The notes below the pieces were generated by a model, which was not told the DNA's origin, did not search any database, and saw only the letters and a list, made by a program, of their open reading frames with translations. A program made the translations under genes and the position numbers. This document shows, one piece after another, positions 1 through 8,578 of a stretch of 64,000 nucleotides of DNA (position 1 is the stretch's first letter; each line of letters starts with the position of its first letter). The stretch is taken from NCBI GenBank assembly GCA_965204735.1, contig OZ242008.1, positions 1,120,001 through 1,184,000 on the forward strand. Direction: 5' to 3'. Source of the DNA: Longimicrobiales bacterium. GTDB taxonomy: Bacteria; Gemmatimonadota; Gemmatimonadetes; Longimicrobiales; Gaopeijiaceae.

Positions 1-2
1 CC

Positions 3-464
3 ACGCTGGCGGAGGACGTGCCCGGTCCCGGCGGCCGCGTCCTCGTGCGCCAGGGCACCAAGCTGCTCGGAGTCGTGACGGCGTCCCAGAGCGCCTTCGG
101 CCCCGGCGAGACTGCGTTTCTGGAGGTTGCCTTCCTTACCCTCGCGACCGAAACGTGGGAGCGCCCGCTGAGGACGCGGGTCGTCGCCGTGCTGCCGCCG
201 GAGGCGCCCGAACCGACGCCCGAGGAGCCGATGGAGGGGGCCGAGGACCAGCCGGACCCGGCGGAGCCGCCTCCCGATCCTTCCACCGGCGCCCGTGATC
301 CGGCGGAGGGGGCGCCGGGAGAGATCCCCGCGGGAGCGGTGCTGGTCGTGGAGCTGGAGGAGACGCTGGTGCTGCCCATGGCGGCGGCCGCCGTCGCCGA
401 AATGCCAAGCGAGGTTGACGCTTTGCCAAGCAAACGCGACACGATTCCTGGGAGTCGATCCTGA
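3..464 (+). CDS. Hypothetical protein, 5'-truncated by the window edge; Pro/Glu-rich linker and a C-terminal IPAG..LVVEL motif reminiscent of TrbI/VirB10-like beta domains
   Basis: Frame of ORF 18..464 is open back to base 3 (TLAEDVPGPGGRVLV...); GC3-rich codons; stop lies 7 nt before murQ. Confidence 0.55.
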   Translation, partial: TLAEDVPGPGGRVLVRQGTKLLGVVTASQSAFGPGETAFLEVAFLTLATETWERPLRTRVVAVLPPEAPEPTPEEPMEGAEDQPDPAEPPPDPSTGARDPAEGAPGEIPAGAVLVVELEETLVLPMAAAAVAEMPSEVDALPSKRDTIPGSRS

Positions 465-471
465 AGTTCCG

Positions 472-1386
472 ATGCTCGACCACCGGCTGACGGAGCAGCG
501 GAACCCGCGGAGCGACCGGATCGACCGGATGTCCCCGGTGGAGATCGTCCGCTTGATCAACCGCGAGGACCGGGCCGTCGCCGAGGCCGTGGGGCGGGAA
601 GCCGATGCCGTCGCCCGGGCGGTGGAGCTGGCCGTGGAGGCGTTTCGCGCAGGAGGCCGGCTGCTCTACGTCGGTGCGGGGACCTCCGGCCGGCTGGGCG
701 TGCTCGACGCGGCCGAGATGCCGCCCACCTTCGGCACCGATCCCGAGATGGTGCAGGGCGTGATCGCGGGCGGGCCGGCCGCGCTGGTGCGGGCGCAGGA
801 GGGCGCCGAGGACAGCCCCGAAGACGGGGCCGCGGCGATCGACGAGCGGGAAGCGGGGCCTCGCGACTTCGTGATCGGGATCGCGACTTCGGGCACGACG
901 CCCTTCGTCCACGGCGCCCTGGCTCGCGCTCGGGAACGGGGCGCCCGCACGGGCTTCCTCCTCTGCACGCCGCCTGCCGACGCGCTGCGGAGGGCGCACG
1001 ACGTGGTGATCGCGCCCCTGACGGGCCCCGAGGTCGTCACCGGCTCGACGCGCATGAAGGCCGGGACCGCCACCAAGATGGTCCTCAACTCCATCACGAC
1101 CGGGGCGATGGTGCGGCTGGGGAAGGTGGACGGGCACCTCATGGTGGACCTGCAGGTCACCTGCGCCAAGCTGCAGGACCGGGGGGAGAGGATCCTGATG
1201 GCCGCGCTGGGCCTTGGCCGGGACGAGGCGCGGGAGCTGCTGGCCCGGGCCGAGGGCCACGTCAAGACCGGGTTGGCGATGCACCGGCTGGGCGTGGGCG
1301 TCGACGCGGCTCGGGAGGCCTTGGAGCGGGCCGGGAGCATGGCGGGCGCGGCCCGGGGCGATCGGGCCGCGGGGGAGCGCTCGTGA
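472..1386 (+). CDS. murQ: N-acetylmuramic acid 6-phosphate etherase
   Basis: TEQRNPRS N-terminus, GAGTSGRLGVLDAAEMPPTFG, GPEVVTGSTRMKAGTATKMVLN motifs; ATG at 472 within ORF 295..1386. Confidence 0.95.
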   Translation: MLDHRLTEQRNPRSDRIDRMSPVEIVRLINREDRAVAEAVGREADAVARAVELAVEAFRAGGRLLYVGAGTSGRLGVLDAAEMPPTFGTDPEMVQGVIAGGPAALVRAQEGAEDSPEDGAAAIDEREAGPRDFVIGIATSGTTPFVHGALARARERGARTGFLLCTPPADALRRAHDVVIAPLTGPEVVTGSTRMKAGTATKMVLNSITTGAMVRLGKVDGHLMVDLQVTCAKLQDRGERILMAALGLGRDEARELLARAEGHVKTGLAMHRLGVGVDAAREALERAGSMAGAARGDRAAGERS

Positions 1387-3224
1387 AGCTCCCGACCGGC
1401 TTGCGGGCAAGCGGCTGGCTTTCCGACCGGCGACGCCACGCGCAGCCGTCGTCTCGCTCGACCGGCCCGAGCGGAGCGTCCGCAAGGCTGTGGACCGGCC
1501 TCGCCTTGGCCGTCGGCGCGCACGTCGTCCTCGCTTCGAGCGCCTCCGCGCCCCAAGTCCATCACGGGGGCGACAACGCCGCCTACCTCGCGCTGGCCCA
1601 CTCCCTGGTCCAGGACGGCTCGTACCGCGAGCTCTGGTCCCCCGGCCGGCCCGAGCACTCCAAGTACCCGCCCCTGTACCCGGCCTTCCTGGCGGCGATG
1701 ATCCTCGCCGGTGCCAAGAGCTGGAGCGCCTTCAAGGCGTCGTCGCTGGCGCTCACCGCCCTGGCCACGGCGTTCTGCTTCCTCTGGGCCCGGCGTCTCC
1801 GCGGCGACCGGGCCGGGCTGGTCGTGGCGCTGCTCTTCGGCGCTTCCTACGCGCTGCTCCACACGGCCCAGTGGATCCTGTCGGACCCCCTCTTCGTGGC
1901 CGCCACCTTCGGCTCGCTCTGGCTGCTCGCCCCGAAGTCGGCGCCGGAGCGCGCGCCGCCTCGGCGGGAGCTTGCCGCCGGATTGGCGCTGGCCTGCGCC
2001 GCCTACTTCACCCGCTCGGCCGGGGCGCCCCTGATCGCCGCGGCGGCGCTGTGGCTGGCGACGGGAAAGCGGTGGAAGGAGCTGGGCGTCTTGGCCGCTG
2101 CTCTCGCGGCGCCCGCGTTCCTCTGGCACAGCCGCTCCGGCGGAGAGTACGTGTCCGAGTTCTGGCTGATCAACCCGCTGGCGCCCGAGATGGGACGGGC
2201 AGGACCTTGGGAGCTGGCGGCCAGGGTCGCGAACAACGCCTGGACCTACGCCACCGACTACGTTCCCAACGGCGTCGCTGGGGCGATCGGAGGGGCCGCG
2301 ACCGCCGCGGGACTCGCACTGGCCGCGGCGGCGCTGGCCGGATGGCTGCGACGAGTTCGCTCCGGCCCCGAAGTCGCCGAGATCTTCGCCGGTCTCTACG
2401 TCTGCCTCATGCTGGCGTGGCCGTCCCAGTGGTCCGGCGACCGGTTCGCCCTTCCCGTGCTTCCCTTGGCCATCTTCTACGCCTACGAGTCGCTGGCTCG
2501 AGCGGCGGCGGCGCTGGCCGAGCGCGCGGCTCCGCTCTTCGGCGAACGCAGGACGAGCCAGCGCCCTCGTTCCCGGGCGGCGCCCCGGCGCCGGAAGGCC
2601 GGAGCGGCGGCGCTGGCGGCGGTGGCGGCGGTGTCCGCCGGCCTTTCGTGGACTCACCTGCGAAGCGGCACGGCGGATTGCCGGGAAGCGACCGCAGCGC
2701 AGGGAGCGCAGGGTCCCTGGGGCTGCCACGGCGAAAACGTCAGGGCCTTCCACATCGCGGCCCTCTGGGCCCGCGACAACCTGCCGGCGGGTTCGGCCGT
2801 GTTCAGCCGCAAGCCGCGCTTCTTCTACGCCTTCAGCGGACTTCCGTCGGCCGTCTATCCCTTCGAGAGCAACCCAGCCCGGTTCTTCGCCCTGGCCGAC
2901 TCCCTCGGGATCGACTACTTCCTGAAGAGCAACTGGGACGGAAGCGAAGCCTACTACGTGGGACCGGTGATCGCCGCCCGCCCAGAGCGGTTCTGCTTGG
3001 TCGCCGGCTTCCAGGGACCGAAGGAATCCATCGCGATCTTCGCGCTCCGACCGCCCGGAGACGAGGAAGCCGACGGCGCGGCCCAGCCCGGCTCGGCCGA
3101 GGAGTCGTTGCCCGAGTGCAGGGAGGGCAGCTCCGCGCTGCCGTCGCAGGCTTCCATCGCTTCGACGACCGTGCCGTTTCTGATCGACCGGGCTCCAGGC
3201 GACCCGACCTCGCCCGCCAGCTGA
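1383..3224 (+). CDS. Multi-pass membrane protein, probable GT-C fold (ArnT/PMT, GT39/GT83-like) glycosyltransferase, paralog 1
   Basis: Many hydrophobic segments; first-loop GGDNAAYLALAHSL...KYPPLYPAFL motif; soluble C-terminal domain. Confidence 0.65.
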   Translation: MKLPTGLRASGWLSDRRRHAQPSSRSTGPSGASARLWTGLALAVGAHVVLASSASAPQVHHGGDNAAYLALAHSLVQDGSYRELWSPGRPEHSKYPPLYPAFLAAMILAGAKSWSAFKASSLALTALATAFCFLWARRLRGDRAGLVVALLFGASYALLHTAQWILSDPLFVAATFGSLWLLAPKSAPERAPPRRELAAGLALACAAYFTRSAGAPLIAAAALWLATGKRWKELGVLAAALAAPAFLWHSRSGGEYVSEFWLINPLAPEMGRAGPWELAARVANNAWTYATDYVPNGVAGAIGGAATAAGLALAAAALAGWLRRVRSGPEVAEIFAGLYVCLMLAWPSQWSGDRFALPVLPLAIFYAYESLARAAAALAERAAPLFGERRTSQRPRSRAAPRRRKAGAAALAAVAAVSAGLSWTHLRSGTADCREATAAQGAQGPWGCHGENVRAFHIAALWARDNLPAGSAVFSRKPRFFYAFSGLPSAVYPFESNPARFFALADSLGIDYFLKSNWDGSEAYYVGPVIAARPERFCLVAGFQGPKESIAIFALRPPGDEEADGAAQPGSAEESLPECREGSSALPSQASIASTTVPFLIDRAPGDPTSPAS

Positions 3225-3239
3225 CCAAGGAGAACGCGC

Positions 3240-5039
3240 GTGCCCCGCAAGACGAACCGCCGCAACCAGCCGGGCCGCGACGGCACGCCCGGAAGGCCCC
3301 GGGCCAGCCGCGACCGGGCGCCCGCGGCGCCCTGGGTCCGCCTCGCCCTGGCCGTCGGCGCGCACGTCGTCCTCGCGTTGAGCGCGTCCGCGCCCCAAGC
3401 CCATCACGGGGGCGACAACGCCGCCTACCTTGCGCTGGGCCACTCCCTGGTCCAGGACGGCGCCTACCGCGAGCTCTGGACCCCCGGCCAGCCCGAGCAC
3501 TCCCGGTACCCGCCCCTGTACCCCGCCTTCCTGGCGGCGATGATCCTCGCCGGCGCCAAGACCTGGAGCGCCTTCAAGGCGTTGTCGCTGGCGTTCACCA
3601 CCCTGGCCACGGCGTTCTGCTTCCTCTGGGCCCGGCGTCTCGGGGGCGACCGGGCCGCGCTGGTCGTGGCCCTGCTCTTCGGCGCTTCCTACGGGATGAT
3701 CCACGCCGCCCAGTGGATCCTGTCGGAACCCCTTTTCGTGGCCGTCACCTGCGGCTCTCTCTGGCTGCTCGCCCCGAAGCCCGGATCGGACGCGCCGCGA
3801 CGGCAAGCGCTTGCCGTCGGACTGATCCTGGCCGCCGCCGCCTACTTCACGCGCACGGCCGGAGCGCCCGTGGTCGCCGCGGCGGCGCTGTGGCTGGCGA
3901 TGGGCAGGCGCTGGAAGGAGCTGGGCGTCTTCGCCGCGGCTTTTGCAGCGGTCGCGCTCCCCTGGCACGCCCGCTCCGGCGGCGGGTACGTCTCCGAGTT
4001 CTGGATGATCAACCCGTACTCGCCCACGCTGGGGCAGGTCGGACCTTGGGAGTTGGCGGTCAGAGTCGCGAACAACGCTTGGTCCTACGTCGCCGAATAC
4101 CTTCCCGACGCCGTCGCCGGCGCTTCCGGAGGGGCCGCGGCCGCCGCGGGGGTCGCGCTGGCCGCGGCAGCGCTGGCAGGATGGCTGCGACGAGTCCGCT
4201 CCGGCCCCGGGGTCGGCGAGATCTTCGTCGGGCTCTACGTCTGCCTCATGCTGGCGTGGCCGTCCCAAGGGGCCTCGGTCCGGTTCGTGCTTCCCGTCCT
4301 TCCGTTGGTCCTCCTCTACGGCTACGAGTCGGTGGCATGGCTGGCGGCGGCGCTGACCAAGCGCGCGCCCGGGCCGTCCAGCCTCCTTGCGGCGCGCTGG
4401 CGCCGGCCGGCCGGAATCGCGGCGCTGGCGGTGGTGGTGGCGGTTCCCGCCGGCATGTCGTGGACCCGCTTGGAAAGCACCTCGCGGATTTGCCGCCAAG
4501 CGACGGCCGCCCTGGGTCCCTGGGGTTGCTACGGGGCCAACATCAGAGCCTTCCAGGCCATGGCCTTGTGGGCCCGCGACCATCTGCCGGAGGGTTCGGC
4601 GGTCTTCAGCCGCAAGCCCCGCTTGTTCTACGCCTTCAGCGGAGTTCCGTCGGCGGTCTTTCCCTTCGAAGTCAACCAAGCCCGGTTCTTTGCCATGGCC
4701 GACTCCCTCGGGATCAACCACTTCCTGAGGAGCAACTGGGACGGGCGCGAAGACCGCTTCGTGGGGCCGGTGATCGCCGCCCACCCGGAGCGGTTCTGCG
4801 TGGTCGCCGACTTCCAGGACCCGACGGAATCGATCTCGATCCTGGCGATCCGCCCGCCCGGAGACGAGGAAGCCGTGGATCCGGCCCAGCCCGGATCGGT
4901 CGAGGGGACCGTGCTCTCCGAGTGCCGGGCGGAGGGCAGTTCCCGGCCCCCGTCGCAGGCTTGCATGGCCTTGATGACCTTGCCGTTCCTGACCGACCGG
5001 TCCGCAGGATGGTGTTCTCGGCCCGACTTCTCGCCCTAG
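3240..5039 (+). CDS. Multi-pass membrane protein, probable GT-C fold glycosyltransferase, paralog 2
   Basis: Collinear and highly similar to 1383..3224 (GGDNAAYLALGHSL...RYPPLYPAFL, EFWMINPY, VFSRKPRLFYAFSG). Confidence 0.65.
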   Translation: MPRKTNRRNQPGRDGTPGRPRASRDRAPAAPWVRLALAVGAHVVLALSASAPQAHHGGDNAAYLALGHSLVQDGAYRELWTPGQPEHSRYPPLYPAFLAAMILAGAKTWSAFKALSLAFTTLATAFCFLWARRLGGDRAALVVALLFGASYGMIHAAQWILSEPLFVAVTCGSLWLLAPKPGSDAPRRQALAVGLILAAAAYFTRTAGAPVVAAAALWLAMGRRWKELGVFAAAFAAVALPWHARSGGGYVSEFWMINPYSPTLGQVGPWELAVRVANNAWSYVAEYLPDAVAGASGGAAAAAGVALAAAALAGWLRRVRSGPGVGEIFVGLYVCLMLAWPSQGASVRFVLPVLPLVLLYGYESVAWLAAALTKRAPGPSSLLAARWRRPAGIAALAVVVAVPAGMSWTRLESTSRICRQATAALGPWGCYGANIRAFQAMALWARDHLPEGSAVFSRKPRLFYAFSGVPSAVFPFEVNQARFFAMADSLGINHFLRSNWDGREDRFVGPVIAAHPERFCVVADFQDPTESISILAIRPPGDEEAVDPAQPGSVEGTVLSECRAEGSSRPPSQACMALMTLPFLTDRSAGWCSRPDFSP

Positions 5040-5049
5040 GAAGCCGCTT

Positions 5050-5223
5050 GCCCCGCATGAGGAAGCGCGCCCACGCCCGAGCCCTGGAGCGTCCATCGGC
5101 CGCGTCCGCGCCTCGTCGCCCGCCCCGCATGAGGAAGTGCGCCGACGCCCGAGAGTCGAGAGCTGCCCCATGGCGGCGCCGCGACCGGAGCGGTCAGCGC
5201 GCCCACGCCAGAGAGGCGAGAGC
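5050..5223 (+). repeat. Degenerate direct repeats (two 32-bp copies plus a partial third)
   Basis: gccccgcatgaggaagYgcgccSacgcccgag at 5050 and 5122; agcgcgcccacgccagagaggcgagagc at 5196 matches the end of copy 2. Confidence 0.75.
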
Positions 5224-8200
5224 CTTCGCCGAATCCTCGACGGCCGGCTCCTTGCTCTCGCTCGCTCCCCGGCGCCTGGCCTTCGCCGTCGCCGTCGCAG
5301 CTCTCTTCTTGGTCGTCGGCCCTCCCGGCCATGGCCCCTTCGCCGGACGCTTCGCCGCCGCCCAGTCCCCGCCGCCCAACGAAGCGTGGCGCCAGATCGT
5401 CACCAGCCACTTCGTCGTCACCTACCCGGAGGGGCTGGAAGAGCTGGCCGAACGGGCCGCGCAGCGCGCCGAACGCGCCCACGCCCTCTTGTCCGAGCGC
5501 TTCGCCGACGAGCCCGCCGGTCCGGTTCAGCTGCTTCTCACGGACCATGCCGACTTCTCGAACGGCTTCGCGACGCCCCTCCCGTTCAACCAGATCACCA
5601 TCTACGCGCGCCCGCCGATCGACGGAGGCAGCTTGTCCTACTTCGACGACTGGCTGGAGCTCGTCGTCACCCACGAGCTCGTCCACACCTTTCACTTCGA
5701 CATGGCGGGCGCCCCCGGCAAGGCGATCCGCGCCGTTCTGGGCAGGTACCCGGCGCCGTGGCCCGTCTTTCCTTCGGCCGCCACGCCCACGTGGATGAGC
5801 GAGGGGCTCGCCACCTACTTCGAGTCCAGCCTGACGGGAGCGGGCCGAGCCAGGGGCACTTGGCAGGAGATGGTCATGCGGACGGCGGCGCTGGAGGGCG
5901 CGCTGGGCTCGCTGGACCAAGTGGCCGGAAACTCGCCCGCGTGGCCCGCGGGGAGCCGGCCGTACGTCTACGGCGCCCGGTACCTGGACCGGATGGCCGG
6001 CGTCCATGGCGAGGAGTCCCTGGGCGAGTTCGCCCGCTCCGTGGCCGGGCTGTGGATTCCGTTCCGCCTGAACGCGGCGGCCCGGGACGCGTTCGGCGAG
6101 TCCGTGTCCGAGAGCTGGGACGCTTGGCGTCGCGAGACCACCGGGCGCTGGGAGAGCTTTGCGGCGTCGCTGGAGGCGGCCGTTCCCGCGACCGAGGGAG
6201 AGGTGGTGGACGGCTCGGCGCGGACTCCCCGGCAGGCGGTGGCGTCGCGGGACGGGAGCGCCCTGGCGTTCGTGCGCTCGGACGGGGTGGACAAGGCCCA
6301 GATCCGGGTGTCGCGCCCGGACGGGTCGAACTCGCGCTTCCTTGCCCGCCTCAACGGCCCCGGCGGCGCCCTCTCGTGGGGGCCGGACGGCGCCCTCTTC
6401 TTCTCGCAGCTCGAGTTCGAAGGTCGCTACCGGGTGCTCAGCGACCTCTATCGGGCGACTCCGGACGGGACTGTGGAGCGCCTCACCCGCGGCCTGCGCC
6501 TCTCGTACCCGGACGTGTCGCCCGACGGCGGCCGCGTCGTGGCGGTGCAGGAAGGGGACGGCACGAGCGCGCTGGCGATGATGGAGCTTGCCACGGGCGA
6601 CTTGACGCTCCTGGTCCCGCCCGCCCCCGACGTGCACTGGGCGCATCCCCGCTGGTCGCCCGACGGACGCCACGTCGCCGCGGTGCGCTGGCGCCGACCG
6701 GCCATGATGGACGTGGTGGTCCTGGCGGCCGACGGCACGCTGGCGGCCGAGCTCGCCCGGGATCGGGCCGTGGACACCACGCCGTTCTGGTCGCCCGACG
6801 GCAGCTGGGTCCTCTGGTCCTCCGACCGGACCGGCGTGCCCAACATCTTCGCGGCCCGGTTCCCGCCTGCGCCGCCCCCGGTCCCGGGCGCCGACCCGAC
6901 CGCCGACCGCCGACCCCCGACCGCCGTCCGCCAAGTCACCAACGTGCTCGGCGGCGCCACCCATCCGGCCGTGGACCCCCGAGGCCGTTGGCTCTACTTC
7001 TCGTCGTACCACGCCGACGGCTGGCGCCTCAAGCGGGCGCCCTACGACCCCTCCGCCTGGTTCGACCCCGGGCCGACCAGCCCCCGCTTCGACGAAGGGT
7101 CGGGCGGCCTGGACGACCCGCCGCCCCAGCCCGGCGCCGATCGGCCCGGCGCGGAGCCCCGGACCGCCACCGCGCCGGACGCCCGGCCGCTGGAGGCGTC
7201 CGCGCCTCGCGACTACCGGGCCGGCCAGACCCTGCGGCCCTACTACTGGACGCCGGTGGCGTCGCGGGCGGAGCAGGGAACCGACGGGTCGGGCGTCAGG
7301 CGCGACGTGATCCGACCCTCCTTTGGCCTGCGCACAGGGGGAAGCGACCTGGTGGGACGCCACCGCTACTCGGCGTCGGCGCGCCTCTCGCTGGACCGCA
7401 GGTTCTCGGGCGGCTTCGGCTACGCCTACCGAGGGCTCGGCAACCCGGACTTGGGCCTGACCTTCTCGCAGAGCCACGATCCCTCCTCCCGGTCGATCCC
7501 GGTCCGGCTCGCCGACGGAAACACGGCGGAGTACTTCCTGCTGGAGCGGGAGCGCCGGGCCAACCTTTCCGTCTCGTTCACGCGCCGCCGCTACCGGAGC
7601 TCGACCGCCCTTTCCGTGAACGGAGGCGTCGCCAGGGAGGACCTGACGCTTCAAGAGCTGGGCGGCGGCCCCGGCCCCGTCCTCTCCAGCCCGCCGCCGC
7701 GGAGCAACCACCTGGACGTGGGCGCCGTGCTGAGCTTCTTCAACGCGCAGCGGCGGGCGTTCTCTTTCTCGCGGGAGGACGGGATATCGGCCTTCGTCCG
7801 GGGTCGCCTGCGGCGGGAAACCGGCATCGAGGGCGAGCGGCGGGGCGTCGCGGGCCGGGACCGCTCGTACAGCGAGGTGCTGGGCGAGGCGTCGGCGTAC
7901 AAGGCCGTTGGAGGGCCCGGCTTCGCCAACCACGTCCTCGCCCTCCGCCTCTCCGGGGGCGCGGCGTTCGGCCCGGGCGCCGACCAGCGGCACTTCGACG
8001 CCGGAGGCGCCGAGGGCGCGAGGGAGGAGCTGTCGGGGCTCGGCCTCTTCGGCGGCTCCCCGCTGCTCTTCCCGTTGCGGGGCTACCCCGAGAACTTCCG
8101 CTCCGGCCGGCTCGCCTGGACCGCTTCGGTCGAATACAGGTTCCCCCTGCTCATGATCGACCGGGGGCTGGGCGCCTTCCCCCTCTTCTTCGACCGGGTC

Positions 8201-8425
8201 CACGGCTCCGTCTTCTTCGACGCCGGCAACGCCTGGGGTCCCGTCGCAGGCCAGCCGGGCTACGACAACCCCCGCGGGCCGGCCCTGGCCAGCGCCGGCG
8301 TGGAGGTCTCGGCGATCGTCCTGCCCTTCTACGCCCGGGGCCTGACCCTTCGGGCAGGCGTCGCCGTCCCGCTTCGGGTCGTCTCGGGTCCAACCTTCCA
8401 CGTGCGGCTGGGGAACGCCTTCTAG
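5057..8425 (+). CDS. Outer-membrane protein: N-terminal gluzincin-like zinc peptidase domain, TolB/PD40 beta-propeller, C-terminal Omp85/BamA-like barrel (start uncertain: 5057, 5129 or TTG 5252)
   Basis: Signal-like FAVAVAALFLVV...AAAQ; HELVH plus downstream EGLA; repeated WSPDG/SPDG motifs; PLRGYP, FFDAGNAW and terminal Phe. Confidence 0.75.
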   Translation: MRKRAHARALERPSAASAPRRPPRMRKCADARESRAAPWRRRDRSGQRAHAREARAFAESSTAGSLLSLAPRRLAFAVAVAALFLVVGPPGHGPFAGRFAAAQSPPPNEAWRQIVTSHFVVTYPEGLEELAERAAQRAERAHALLSERFADEPAGPVQLLLTDHADFSNGFATPLPFNQITIYARPPIDGGSLSYFDDWLELVVTHELVHTFHFDMAGAPGKAIRAVLGRYPAPWPVFPSAATPTWMSEGLATYFESSLTGAGRARGTWQEMVMRTAALEGALGSLDQVAGNSPAWPAGSRPYVYGARYLDRMAGVHGEESLGEFARSVAGLWIPFRLNAAARDAFGESVSESWDAWRRETTGRWESFAASLEAAVPATEGEVVDGSARTPRQAVASRDGSALAFVRSDGVDKAQIRVSRPDGSNSRFLARLNGPGGALSWGPDGALFFSQLEFEGRYRVLSDLYRATPDGTVERLTRGLRLSYPDVSPDGGRVVAVQEGDGTSALAMMELATGDLTLLVPPAPDVHWAHPRWSPDGRHVAAVRWRRPAMMDVVVLAADGTLAAELARDRAVDTTPFWSPDGSWVLWSSDRTGVPNIFAARFPPAPPPVPGADPTADRRPPTAVRQVTNVLGGATHPAVDPRGRWLYFSSYHADGWRLKRAPYDPSAWFDPGPTSPRFDEGSGGLDDPPPQPGADRPGAEPRTATAPDARPLEASAPRDYRAGQTLRPYYWTPVASRAEQGTDGSGVRRDVIRPSFGLRTGGSDLVGRHRYSASARLSLDRRFSGGFGYAYRGLGNPDLGLTFSQSHDPSSRSIPVRLADGNTAEYFLLERERRANLSVSFTRRRYRSSTALSVNGGVAREDLTLQELGGGPGPVLSSPPPRSNHLDVGAVLSFFNAQRRAFSFSREDGISAFVRGRLRRETGIEGERRGVAGRDRSYSEVLGEASAYKAVGGPGFANHVLALRLSGGAAFGPGADQRHFDAGGAEGAREELSGLGLFGGSPLLFPLRGYPENFRSGRLAWTASVEYRFPLLMIDRGLGAFPLFFDRVHGSVFFDAGNAWGPVAGQPGYDNPRGPALASAGVEVSAIVLPFYARGLTLRAGVAVPLRVVSGPTFHVRLGNAF

Positions 8426-8471
8426 CTCCGTCTTCCGCCATCGGCCCGGCCGCCGGAGATCGGCTCGTTGA

Positions 8472-8519
8472 CCACAAGCGGTAGTGTCGGTACCTTGGTT
8501 GGCCCACAACATGCTGTGT
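8472..8519 (+). promoter_or_regulatory. Tandem NrdR boxes upstream of nrdJ
   Basis: ccacaagcggtagtgt (8472-8487) and ccacaacatgctgtgt (8504-8519) resemble the NrdR consensus acaCwAtATaTwGtgt; starts are 32 bp apart, directly upstream of an RNR gene. Confidence 0.8.
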
Positions 8520-8578
8520 CCGCGAAGCCTGGAAGGCCGAGCCGCCAGCCCTCTCCCGAACCCCAAGAAGAGCGCCCG

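Noticed and set aside
5050..5223. CRISPR-like spacing (32-bp repeat, 40-bp spacer)
   Set aside because: Only two full degenerate copies, uneven period, in-frame with a gene start, and no cas genes in the window.
8425..8578. Cobalamin riboswitch upstream of the B12-dependent nrdJ
   Set aside because: The gap is short, has no recognisable B12-box, and is explained by the NrdR boxes.
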